DNA of 59,104 bases, filler included, from Sphacelaria rigidula (taxonomy: Eukaryota): assembly GCA_964200075.2 (NCBI GenBank). It is 7 parts of 7 records of this genome, joined end to end, with 100 filler letters (N's around TTAATTAATTAA, not from the genome) between each part and the next. Parts side by side here need not be neighbours in the genome. Positions count along the whole stretch, not along the records: positions 33,834 to 42,190 come from CAXNAA020011404.1; positions 42,291 to 50,647 come from CAXNAA020011405.1; positions 50,748 to 59,104 come from CAXNAA020011406.1; 4 more parts are not named here. One strand, written 5' to 3'. The notes beneath the pieces are model-generated. The model had not been told where the DNA came from and did not search any database. It worked only from the letters and a program-made list of their open reading frames with translations. This document shows, in pieces, positions 39,101 through 51,536 of the stretch. Both the position numbers and the translations under genes were made by a program. Within the stretch, counting starts at the first letter, position 1. Each line of letters starts with the position of its first letter.

Positions 39101-41395
39101 AAAGTAATGGGGGAGCAAGATGGCGTTCCTACATATCATCATCTTCTTCGCATGATCGGCAAAATGTAGATGGTCCGGGACAAAACCGCGTATACCTCGA
39201 CACTTTGGCCGCTCACAAAAGATACCAGGGTAGCAAGTACGGGATACGGGACGCCTTACTTATACGAAGTAAATGAGTCAACATATCCGGCAATGCCTTT
39301 GGCCCGAACAACCTCATGTCCATTTTCTGCTGCTAAAATTCCACTAGTGAGCGACGGGGCGTCTACCTGAGTGCACCGCACTCCCCATGATCCCTCATCA
39401 CATCAGTACGCCAGCAGCCAGTTCATTTTTCCTCGTGTATCTTCAGCAACAATACCCTTTCAACGATCCCACTCATTTCCCTGCTCCGTCACACACTTCA
39501 CGAAAACACACGAAAACACACACACACCTTATGACCCCGGACGATCTTTTTCATCCGCTCGTGGCGGGCTCTGCACTCCGACATAGTGAGCGTGGGCGCC
39601 TTGACCGAATTCCTCCCTGCTTTCCAATGAGTGTACTCCGCCTCCGAGATGCGCGAGTTAGACACAATGTCCATGCACTGGTCGCGCTCCTGCATAGTGC
39701 TTGACGATATCCGTAGGCACTTCGACGTGTACGAGTTACCCTATGGAAAGGCAGGCCATGACGAGAGGGCGAGGCGAAGGAAAGGACAAGGGGTTGCATA
39801 CAAACGCGGAATATTTGTGCGTGTGGACACGGCGTTATGATGTGTCGGTGAACGGGGATTTAGAGGCAAGAGGGGATATGTCCAAGTTCGCCTCGACATT
39901 TTACATGGTTGACACATTTTCGAAATGATATTGACCCTACCCCCGACTCCACCCAAGGCATACCAAAAACCCTCAGGCGAGGGCAGTGCAGAGGGTGGCG
40001 AAGGGCAAGACCCCCAGTTGGCGCCGTTTTGTACAAAAAAATCGAAATCTTTGACATGCCATGAGCTCTCGGGAACGACAGCCCCATCGAAGATCGGAAT
40101 ATTTTCATTCACACTCTAGTCGAGTAATATCAACCATCGCTAATCTAGAGGCGAACCGCGACAAAACTCTACTGCTCGTCTCGGATCCAACGGGTATACA
40201 ACAGTTAAAAACTACTTGTCAGCAGTTTTCCCCTCTCCAGGACACGGACTCATGCACCACCGTGAGCATCGAAAGCCCACCTCACCGCCATACCCATCAC
40301 TCACCACAGCAGAAACTCTCCTCTCCAATCGTTGTCTTCCACGACACACACACCATCACCGACATGACCAAATCGAGCAACCATCGGTACCACCGGTACA
40401 ACCGCGAGACACGGCTCATCCACTCACGATTTTGTACCGGCGCTTGTACGGCACGACCCCGACGATTTCCGCCATAACGTAGACTCTCTCCCCATTTCGC
40501 CCTTGACCCCGCGCCACACGAATAAAGCACCCCTTTACCGCCTTCTCGAAGTAAGGCTCGTTGGCCCATCTCTCCAAGAATTCCCGCGGCACGCGGCACC
40601 TATTAATATCCTCCAGTACGGGTTCGGGTTCGGGTGCCGGCTCGGGCTCTCTCGGCCGATCACGGTCTGCTGGGCGGTTTTTGTGTGCCGAGAACATAGC
40701 GCGGGGGAGGTGCCACGGATGCGGAAGAACCGGTGCTGTGAATTAATAGTGACAAATACATCATGTAGTCCGGCGTTTCCCTTTCGCAGGGTTCGAAAAA
40801 AGAAAGAACAAACCGAACAACGCCTTTCAAAAGAATCACTCTTCATTTCACGTATCAACCTATTCCATGAAGCCGTTCATCACAAGCAAGGTTCAACAAG
40901 TACAGGCACAACGCACCAACCCAACTTGCCAAACATCGACTGATCCACCTAACGACCAACCCACCACAGCTTCCATCTACCCACCGAACACTGGAGACGC
41001 AATACACGATGACAATAAGCTCACCATCTCGACTACCGCGCGAGGAAGCCACCCCCCTCCCCGGCGATCTCGACCTCGACCTCGACCTCGACCTCGACCT
41101 GCCCCGACGCCGGCCGTTTCTATCACGGCTGCGACTCCTATCTCGCCGGTCGCGCGAGCGAGACCTGCTGGATCGCCTGCGGTCACGGTCACGGTCACGG
41201 TCGCCGCTCCCCCTATTGCGGTGCCTCCGGCTCTCATAAGAGTCATCGGAATCGTCATCAGAGGAGTCTCGGGCCCGCCTGGAACTGCCGCCGCCGGCCG
41301 CCGCCGACGAGGACTTAGTGTGGCCTGCCCTACCCGGTGACTCGTCATCGCCGTCGCCGTCGCCGTCGTCGTCTTCGTCACTGTCCGAGAGACCC
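36148..41395 (-). CDS. RTF1: PAF1 complex subunit RTF1 (Plus3 domain), six 3' exons; 5' end missing
   Basis: Phase-compatible exons 41395-41025, 40669-40428 (LEDINRCRVPREFLERWANEPYFEKAVKGCFIRV, Plus3), 39740-39528, 38389-38225, 36910-36765 (LNERNR) and 36592-36148 (DPFKRRDCRP...LTLGKYLEK*). Confidence 0.9.
37597..38086. mobile_element. hAT-type MITE in an RTF1 intron
   Basis: TIRs CTAGGTAGTGTTCTGTAGGGTAC / GTACCCTACAGAACACAACCTTG. 8-bp TSD GAAAGTTC/GAAAATTC. Many TACCC subterminal repeats. Confidence 0.82.
38530..38765 (-). mobile_element. Poly-A-tailed retroposon fragment (same family as 8876-9116)
   Basis: Starts with a T-run then ACCTTGA, and is the reverse complement of 8890-9116. Confidence 0.75.
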
Positions 41396-42599
41396 CTGCA
41401 CAAACGGTGGAAATTGAGAAGGAGACGAGATAAGGTAGGGAGAGCAGAATATGATAAACACATTGATGGAACCGCAGGAGATACGGCGGATATCACCCGA
41501 GAACGAAGAGGAACCATATATTGATTCTCTCCAGAGAAGTGACCCCGCAATGTCATAAAATCTCCACATTATGTTTACTTCGCCGAAAGTTCAGGCGATG
41601 TGACTTTTGGTGACCCATAACCAATAGTCGAATTTCCCAATCGCCGCCTGCGGGGATGCACTCGGCCCGAACCACGACAAGGGCTGTGGACAATACACAG
41701 GGGATCCACGCGTGACTGGTTAACTCGGAAGGCGAACACCAACGTACGGCTTGTCATCTCACTGGCTCATCCCTCTGGTTTTGGTGTGAAGCACTGCATG
41801 AATGGTGTACTGCAGCTGAGAACAGCACAGTGGCACGCTAGAATGTTGGGGAATATCAACGGCACATCCAGTCGGCATAGCATCGTCGCCAACGAAAGAG
41901 ATGCATGAATGCACAAAGCACACGTGCACACATATCTGCGACGGCAAATGAGCTCTTCATTTGAGGACACCGAAAAGCCTCGAGCACACCGCAACCATGT
42001 ACTTGAGACTCGTTGAAAGTTTCACCTCTTGACTACTTTGCCTCTGCAACACCCTCATCACGCACTTCATATACACCCGATCAAGTGAGCCAGACGGCTC
42101 CTTACCCCCTGTATTGAACCCCCCATGAGGCAGTGTATAAGCCGTGGCTGTCTCTGGAAGTGGCGATACCAGAAAATAAAGCAACTCAATNNNNNNNNNN
42201 NNNNNNNNNNNNNNNNNNNNNNNNNNNNNNNNNNTTAATTAATTAANNNNNNNNNNNNNNNNNNNNNNNNNNNNNNNNNNNNNNNNNNNNGGGGGGGGGG
42301 GCGCCGGGTTTTCGCCGGACCAGGCTCGGGGGGGAGGGGGAGCTGGCTAGAAAAAATGCTTTGGGCACGCAGACGCGTGTGTTGTACTACAGTTGTCGTG
42401 TTACGCGTGAGTACGAAATTTGAATTTGGGTTTATTGCGGATTTGACTCGTCAGGGGTTCGCTACCTGTACACTCTTATTTGCCTACCCCACCTGCAAAA
42501 GGGTCGCGCCTCATGGAATGACAGGTGGGAAACAGCATGTAAACATGATTAATATAATGTTAACACAAGGTGGAGAACATGTACGCATGATTTGCGATG

Positions 42600-42850
42600 C
42601 ATGAATGAAAAAGGGAAATATGTACACTAGATCCATCTTGTATGAATGGAAGGTCGGGGACATGTACGTAGGATTCATGCTAAATGAATGGGAATTGGGA
42701 ATCAAGTGTACTTGATTCACCTCGTATGAATGGAAGGTGGGGAACGCGTGCCCATGATTCATGCTGAATGAATGGAAATTGGGAACCATGTATCTATGAT
42801 TCACGCCAGACGAACATAAGGTAGGAAACGTGTACCCCCAATGCTTCAAT
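42600..42850. repeat. 42-bp minisatellite with alternating A/B units
   Basis: ATGAATG at 42601, 42642, 42684, 42726 and 42768. A related array lies on the minus strand at about 30170-30345. Confidence 0.8.
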
Positions 42851-42947
42851 GGTGTATCGCTCCCCCACCCCCCACCCCCCCGCACCATGAAAGAGATGTG
42901 CATGTATAAAGCGTATATTATATAGGTCTACATACATGTATATATAC

Positions 42948-45900
42948 CTGGAGGCAATGGCGTCTCCTGGGGATCCGGCAACTGGGTAGGGGTGACCGAT
43001 GGGGCATCTTTGCCTGGCTTAGGCTTCACTGGAGCAGAGGCAGAGTATTTTGACGTCGCGAGGCCAAACGGGGCAAACAAACCACCAAGACAAGACGAAC
43101 GACCAACAACGTGGCGTTAGGAAGGCGAGCAGCACAAGGACAGGCGAAACCAAAGCAGCTATTTTCCCGATTCCTGCAACGACGGGAAAGAGCAGCACCA
43201 TCCAACCAATTCGCATAGAATTCGGCAGCTCTCACAGTGAAAAATGCGTATAACTTCCACCTAACTTTCAAGCATCTCGGATTCTTTTCTCCTACTCACG
43301 ACTGGTCGGAAGAGCAATCCCGGCTGCGGCAATCGCTTCCAGATCCGATGCAATTCCTCCTCTAGCGGCCGCTGTTGTGGCCTCTTTGGATCCGCCATCG
43401 GAGCTCTGGTAAAGTGTGCTAGCTGCTGCCACGGTATCCACCTTTTCCGAGTCTGTCCACCCCGCCGGCTTCCTCCAGCTGGTTTCTCGTGTGACAGAGT
43501 TCTGGTAGTATGGCCTGCCGTCTGCTGTCATTACCTTCTCCCAAGCTGACGCTACTATTCAAGGACCAGCACGGTGAAAAGACAGCCGAAGCAAAAGCAT
43601 ACCAAGAGTTATATACATTGATAGAACCTTTTTACACATGAGAATATTTGTGGGAACCCGGCAGAATTTTCTCTCCACGTCTTAGGGCAACATTTGTTCA
43701 AATGATTTCAGAGTACGTTAATTTTTCCGTCGAGCCCCGGAGAGATGCGCCATATCTCGTCAGGAAGTGGACATGATCAGGAGCGCTCAGTGCTGCGCTG
43801 TCTTCGCCGCAGTTCTGAATGTTCCGTGCTGCTGTCGTTTGTGCAGTCATGTATATAAAATGCCCAGCTGTCTGCTGCAGCTGCGTACAATGTCTGCTCT
43901 GTTGGGCAGCGGCATACGGCTGCATTGGACTATTGCTGCATCGTGCACGCGTTTGTTTTTCGTATTCCGTTCACTTCACTTTGGTACCCCTTACAGTCCG
44001 TATTTGTGCTCACTTTATTTTTCGGTACGGTTTTTTTTCCCGTCGTTGTCGACCGTGTGCTCATGTTACTCATGCCAACGTACTGCATCTCATTAAACTT
44101 TTTTTGTATGGCGATGATTACTCACGAGCTGGCCAGTACGTGTAGGGGAGGGATGATGGGGTCTTCGCACATATATCCTGTACATTGTGTCAAAATTTCA
44201 TTGAAAACGACACAAGATTGAGCAGTATAATCGCGTGTCAATATGCCTGTCCGTGTCTTGGGCGGCCCAGCCTGTAGTGATTCTCCACACAAAATTCCAA
44301 AGCACAAGCACCAAAACCTGCTAGTGAATGACCTGCAAAATGCTGTTCCGAATATCGACCGGTCCATGCTCGAAATCGCTCATTCTCACTTCAATTTGGA
44401 GAGATGGACTTTCAAACTTGGTGTGGAGAATCGCTCGGGCATGATGAAAAAGTTATTCGCGGTCATCGAGCTTCTTGAGTTTTTCATGACTTGAGGACGC
44501 TTATTTCTGCCCTTACTCATGAAATCAAACGCAAAAAATCTTTTATCAGCAACAAAAAAAATGATATATTGTTATTCTGCTCCAGATATTCTCCGTGTCA
44601 AGTTTAAACGTCCAACTCCAAGAACTGAGGTGAGAATAGCCCTGAAACGCACAGATCCGTTTCTAGGCTGGTACAGCTCGTACTCAGTGCAACATAACAT
44701 CAACAGAACGACACGGCCGTCTTGGAAGTACTAAGTACTTCATGTTACCTCGGTCCCACGTGCGGGCCTTTCTGTCTAGACGTCTTTTGCCGCCAACATG
44801 ACATGGGCTCTCTCTCTCGCTCACACACATCAACACGCGGCCATCTACACATGTATTACATGTTGGGTACTGATATCAACTTTTTTTCCCGCAATAGACG
44901 CTAATATTGTCGTCGGTAATCGCGATCGATCGACAAGTTCCTCTTCATGACTCCATGACCGCCGGCAATGTCCATCGACAGACCCCTTTCCCACACTATC
45001 GCTCAGGCAGCAGTCTTATGTGGTCCTACGCCGAAAGCTGTTGCCGCCGACCCGATATCTCTTCAAGTCTATTGATGACGGCGTGGGACTGTTGATATAT
45101 TGTGTACCAAATCTATCGGTGGCGACAATGGCGAAGGACAAATAGCGCACAAAGTCTGTTCATGATGGCAATTGCTATCGGTAGATACATACTAGAATCT
45201 ACCCAGGTGTACAACACTCTATTGAATTACGATAGAGAAGCCGCAGTGGAACATGCGGTTGGTAAATAATCGTCCTACTTGTGAAAATATGACGTCACGA
45301 TTCTACAAGTTCGCTACGGTGGTCTGTTGTAGGGATCCGCGACATGTGTGGACATAAGTTCACGCGTTCTATTGCTGGTGTGGTGTTGGTACTCGGGGTT
45401 CTCCCTTTGATGGACATAGAAGGGAGCTTGAGAGTATTTTGGTCTGTGGATAACATGTACTTTCACCCTAGATATCAGACTGAAAGGCCATTGCCATCAC
45501 AATAGACCCGAAAATATGACAGTTGATGTCCATTGTCAGCTACAATCGACCAGCATCATTGTCGATCAATAGCTGTTGTAGGCAGGAATAGTCCGGGATA
45601 AGGGACAGAATGTATCATTGCCGTGACAAAGGAGAGGCCAAGTCGCCTATCGATTTTATAGTTGTGCGATAAGCTCTGAATTGCGGCCACCAAGATATGC
45701 TGGTAACACTAGGATCTAAATTGTGTCCACCAATGTCTACTGCTGATCACAAGAGGAGCTAGTTGCCGGCGAATAGTTACTGATACATACTTTTCGGTGG
45801 ATGATCCCACCTCCACACTAGTTATTGCCAGCTATTGCTTGAGCTAGTTGCGTGCTGGCGTATTAGGACTTCTCGTGGTTGATGCCGGAAGACCACTCAC

Positions 45901-48630
45901 TGCCGTGAGCGATATGTATTACCCACATATTGTTGGCATTGGCAATCGATAGCTGCCTACAATAATCCAACCTTGACGGCAAAGGCAATCGATAAGTTGT
46001 TCCCCAAATCAATCGATGATGGAAATGATGATCTAAAGGTACACCCGAGAATCTATTGCGGTATACGATGTCCATCAATGACCAGTGATCTCAATAGATT
46101 GTAACTGCCGTAGACTACTGATTGAGGCTCAAGACATGTCTTGTCGCTCACAATACTCATCAATTGATGTGTTTCACCATCTGTTGCGTTGGACAACATA
46201 TATCGCGAGGTTTCCCCCGCGTATATTATTGAAGAAATTGAATATTGCCGTGTTCATTGCCCAAAGCGAAGTGCTTCGTTCTGTGAACCTTCGGTGTCTT
46301 CATATATGACCACGGCTGCATTGTTCGAGCTTAATAAAATATGCGACAACAAATCCATCAAATATTTGACCAATACGTATACCTCTCTAGTTGTACTTAT
46401 TTCTTATCGGGATTGGCGTTGATCGACTTCCGATGTAGCGGGGATTCTAGCATTAGGTATCTGCCATATAATATCATGATATTTCTCAAAGTTGATGCCA
46501 AAGGTCACTCTACAACGAACATTCGAGTCACAAACGGTTCCAACTGAGAAACACAACTGTTACACATACAATATTGTACTAAATACTACTGAAGCATCTT
46601 TGTTCTCTGTTCCTTACGAAGTAGCTCGTTTCTCTCGCGCTACGGTATTTTGGTCGCCAAGGTCCGACCTACTCGGTCATCATTGTATGTGTCAGGTGAT
46701 GGTGACGCTAGTGTCCAACATGAACAAGACCAGACACGACATCAACATCTTCATGGTACGCTCTTATCCCATCACACGGCAAGCAAGCACGAGCACAGGA
46801 GCACAGGAGCACAGGGCACACACAAATGCGCTCGAACTGCTGAGCACGCGGGCGCTTCACGAGAAAGCACAGCTACGACAAGAATAGACGGCAGCTTCCT
46901 TACCCGCAGGATCGTCCAATTTGGCAGTATCGCGCGGGACGGTTTTTACGTGTTCGTCCGAAGCGTTGACCTTCGGCTTTTTCTCCGGCAGGGGTGCCCC
47001 AGGCCGAGTCCACTGCGTTGTCTTTTTAATGCTGTCCTGGTAGTACGTTTTGCCGGCCGGGGTCTTCAGCTCGATCCACCCTGGTGAGTCCAGCGAGATA
47101 CAGATGATTACAACCAGCGAAACACGAAAGGCCTGATACAATCCCCCACCACGAGCTTTGCGTGATCGTACGAAGCACCAAGACATTTACTGGCCACGAG
47201 CTTGGGGGAAAACGACCACGGAGACAAGAGCAGAGCACAATATCACAAGCTTTTTTGTATTGAATCATTTCGACAGATATATTTCGAATCCGGAGAAAAA
47301 GGTTTTCTTGGACGTCCAGCAGGGAGTCAACGGAACGGCAGAATGCGATTCACGCAAAGCCGTGAGGGTAGGGGCAGAACAAGCGCGATCAGCAACATAG
47401 GCTGCGCATACTTTGGCCAACGCCAGTGATGATGAAGGGACGGGTAGGGCATCGTACATGCAGCAGCGTAGCAAAAATCAAACACATGCTAAGCCCAGCA
47501 ACTGGAATGGACGCCTGCAAAGAAACGGTACAAAACTCTGAAACGACCAGATGACAACTTGAACTATAAAAAAGTTTATAACAAACACACCCACAGCACA
47601 ATTCCCAACCCACACAACGCCCTTCTCTCTTCACACAACAAGCAACGAGGATCCCCGCACACATCCATCTTGCCACGACGATCAAACGCCAACCTGCTAT
47701 CATCGATGACGCTCTCAATCGACGAAAATGCAGTGACACCGTGAGAAGGACATCGTCCACGTAACTTGCCTTCCGGAAGCGGTGGCAACTCGGGCTCGCC
47801 TCTCGAGCCCACCGCACTAGCAGAACTAACTACACCACTCGCACGCGCATCGGCCACCCCCAACTTCGCCACTGTCGCAAGCCCAGTCGCATCATCAGGC
47901 ATATCACTCGTGGGGGTTCCGTGGCCATTCCCGGGCCGGCTTACACTACTACTCCCAGCCCGGTGCTGATCGACAGGTGCTCCAAACAATCCCGTCTTCA
48001 GCGCCGATAAAGGGCCGTTGTTCCCGTCTCGCTCATCTCCTGCGTCCGACTTCCAGTCGGGATTCGCGTGCGCAGCAACACCTGTGGTAGCAGAGGCGAC
48101 GGACCGTGCGGTTCCGGCGACATGTGACGCTGCGGTGGCCGCTGAGGGGTTCGATTTAGCGTGTACGGTAGCTGATGGTGCTCGCTCACCGGATCCGGGG
48201 TCTGCGCTGTGTGCCTGTCGACCTTCCGCGCTCACCACCGCAGCACTGCTAGCACCATTGCCGTTGCTGCCCTCCAAGTAGCTGCTGGGGTTTACATTGC
48301 GGAGGGCTGAATCTCGAGAAGCAGCAGTATTATAAACATCGGTAGGGTCAGGATCTCCGTCGTCATCGTAATCTTCGTCAGGTTGGTCATCTTGCGCACG
48401 ACCCCTTCTACTGTCGGTGATCGAGTCAGACGCCACGGCGGTTTGGTGAGTGCTGTCAGCCGTGGTGAAGGGAGTGTTGTACTCCGGAGACGATGGACCG
48501 CCTCCGTTGTTCGTTGGGGCTCCGTAAACGGTGCCCGGTTTCGGAGCAGGCGGGCGCGTCCAGTGCGTGGTCTTGTCGTTGTGATTAATGTAAAACACCT
48601 TGCCTTCCGCGGACATTCGCTCTTCCCAAC
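42948..48630 (-). CDS. Multi-WW-domain protein, internal exons
   Basis: Exons 48630-47770 (GWEERMSAEGKVFYINHNDKTTHWTRP), 47080-46904 (GWIELKTPAGKTYYQDSIKKTTQWTRP), 43554-43300 (WEKVMTADGRPYYQNSVTRETSWRKP) and 43028-42948 (ends PLPP-G). All junctions are phase 1. Confidence 0.85.
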
Positions 48631-49664
48631 CTGCCACCCGTCAAAACGGAACCGCACCAAACCACGGGCCCACCCATTCTTTTTGAATCAGCATACCTAC
48701 GAATAGACAAGCCCAACTTTTTTAGACCGGTGGTCAACAGGGTGGAGTAGACGCTGTAGAAAAAAACAGGACGCCAGCCTACTCGCCAAGACTGCAGGGG
48801 GTGAAATGAGCAAAAATAGATTGATCAAATACGCATGACGAACGATTGCTTCACTTGAAAAGGCTTTCTTTTCATGAACCAAATATTCATCGTTCTCCCT
48901 TGTCTTCTTCCATATGTTCCCCCTGGTCGAATGGTAGAGGAAATCCACAAAACAAGCACCTTGCTGGAAGTCAGAATACCAAAAACCACACATTCAAGTA
49001 ATGCCATACGCATGGTTCATCAGTAGCAGCAACAGTATTCGCTACTACGCTTCAAATTATACTAGCCGCAGTCCCCACCCTCCCGACAAAGTCAGGTCGT
49101 CCCTATCGGGACGGATTGAAGTCGTGAGTTGGACTGGACTGCAGTGCGGCCCAAGGTATGTATGGTAAATAGGAGCCCTCTTCCCGCCGAGTGCCGTAAA
49201 ACACGGTATTCACCACCGCTGGTGCGTCCGTTTCTTGGAAGTCCAGAAACTTGTTTCCCGTCAATAATATTTAGGATGACTATGAGTGGGGTGATGTGCC
49301 ACGTTTCCCACTGTAGTGCTCTATGTATTGGTATGATGAGGACAGAAGCCGAAAACGTATCGACTAGGGGTGCTTCCCAGGAGGGGTGGGTGTCTGCACA
49401 CTTGCGGTGCAGGCTTGTCGCAGATAGTGTAGTACGACACAGCAACGAAATAACATAATTTTACACTATCTTGTTTTACTACACAACACAACACACCACA
49501 GCACACAATTTATTATTTTTCATTATGTTTCAAGAACTACAATATCATTATGTATTTTCCAACAAGAGTCTGCGCATGGTAAACTTGATCCCGACCTCTC
49601 AAAACATGGGGCTGGGCTCTTACCCGTAACTACATCCATATTCTGGACGGGGCAGGGGCGGGGG

Positions 49665-49981
49665 GTACTCACTTGTTGCTTGCCTTCGTCATTTGGCCAG
49701 TCATAAGGCATCCCTTCCGAGATGGAGCACCAACCCTACTACTCATCACGTTCATTCCACATTACAGAAAACCTTTACATATCTCATTCCACAGATGTTT
49801 CGCCTTCTGTGGTCACCATGATTCTCCTAGTGCAGCGATCATTTTCCAGCTACTTTCTAATGTACAAGGCGAGCGAGGGGGGACTGTACTCATGATCTTG
49901 CATGCCGTTGTCATATGACCAGTGACCTCGGGTCCCTAACAAGCCGGGCCGGAGCACGCCGGGTTTTCGCCGGACCAGGCT
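49665..49981 (-). mobile_element. Older LINE 3' fragment (49665-49870) plus adjacent SINE-like partner (49886-49981)
   Basis: Reverse complements of 50850-51072 and 55481-55576 respectively. Both end in GAGTAC next to G/C-runs. Confidence 0.8.
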
Positions 49982-50326
49982 CACAATCGATCACCAAGCG
50001 CGAAGCGCAGTGATGTAATGTGTTCGGCGGGTCGCGGAAAGGGTGAGCTGCATCCTGCTAAGATCGTTCGGCCCAGAACGTACTGATCATCGAGCAAATT
50101 GATGACAGCCTTCAATGAGTTGCTTCATTTTCTGGTATCGCCACTTCCCGCGGCGGACATGGCTTACACACTGCCTCATGGATCTCACCATAGGAGGGAG
50201 GGAGGGTGGGGGGTCATTTGGGACGTACGAGTCACACGACGCATGAACCGTATTATGCGGTAACAGGGACGTTGTCATACCACAAGCCAAAGGACACATG
50301 ACCCATTCGTAACTGACGGGTCCCCT

Positions 50327-50385
50327 CATATCATATCATATCATATCATATCACATCACATCACATCATACCATCCCATATCATC
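50327..50385. repeat. (ATATC/ACATC)n pentanucleotide microsatellite
   Basis: Visible run. Confidence 0.85.
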
Positions 50386-50747
50386 TTCGAACGGACACAA
50401 TGCAACCAGATGACTCGAGTGAACGGTGATACTGTATTGTAGAGTACATTGTGCACGAAACTGCAACAGACCTTTTGTACCTAGACCGCTCCCTCAATGG
50501 TAATATGTGAAAGTAACTGTTTCTTGCTACAAGTCACAACGCAATCTTGGATGAGTGAGAAATGAAGGGAAGGGTGAAGGGTGTACTCATGATCATGCAT
50601 GCTATAGTCATCAGACCATTGACCTCGCATCCCTACGATGCCGGGACNNNNNNNNNNNNNNNNNNNNNNNNNNNNNNNNNNNNNNNNNNNNTTAATTAAT
50701 TAANNNNNNNNNNNNNNNNNNNNNNNNNNNNNNNNNNNNNNNNNNNN

Positions 50748-51077
50748 TGGCATAATGTGAGCTATACAAGGAGGAACGGGACGTGCTAGAGGGGGAAATG
50801 CGGGATGTGAACGAAGGTGGCATGCATGCAATCGTTTGATGCATTAGACAGTAGGGAGAAAACGATGGCTATACCAGGATAGAGGTGGTGGCCAGAGACG
50901 GCGAAACAGGACGAGGATAAGATATGTATAGGGTTTTTGTGTAATGTATGGAAGGAACGTGATGAGCGCCGAAATATTGGAGTTGTCTCTATTAGGAGTA
51001 GGAACGGTGCTCCGTCTCGAAAGGGATGCGTGGTCAATGGTCGAACGAGGAAGGCAAGCAACAAATGAGTACGCCCC
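50748..51077 (+). mobile_element. LINE ORF2 C-terminus and 3' end, cut by contig start
   Basis: Decayed frame CELYKEERDVLEGEMRDVNEGG...LDSREKTMAI..*RWWPETAKQD..KIC..FLCNVWKERDER...SIRSRNGAPSRKGCVVNGRTRKASNK*, followed immediately by GTACGCCCC. Confidence 0.8.
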
Positions 51078-51536
51078 TCTCATTTATCGTAGGATGACTC
51101 TTACCCACAATCGAATTGTTTCAATTCGACAGGATTCTGTCGGAATGTCCAAACCATCGAGCTGGTATTCAGACGGCGACACAACAGGCAGCAGCAGGCA
51201 AACCTACTCCGCGGGGTCTTCTCGAGTGTCGCACTCCAAGAGTACCCGATCACATTCTCTCACAACGAGCATTGCGGGCGGAAACGGCATTCAAAACTTG
51301 CTCTCCAACAGATCGTACAGTGTAGACTCTTATCGACGCGCTTCTCACTCTGTTCAGCCGCGAACTCTCCGACAGCACAATCACTGTGCCGGATATGGTA
51401 CCCCGTCTCGTTGGTGTATAAACGAAACGAAACATCCACACGAAGAGCCCTTCAGGGTGTCCGGTCCGCTGCACTACTTTTTACCCGCCGTATCCTACTC
51501 GGGTAAGCACCAGAGATCTGACCTTACAGCACCAAC

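Noticed and set aside
42511-42903. ORF with 14-aa repeats
   Set aside because: By-product of the 42-bp minisatellite inside an intron of the WW gene.
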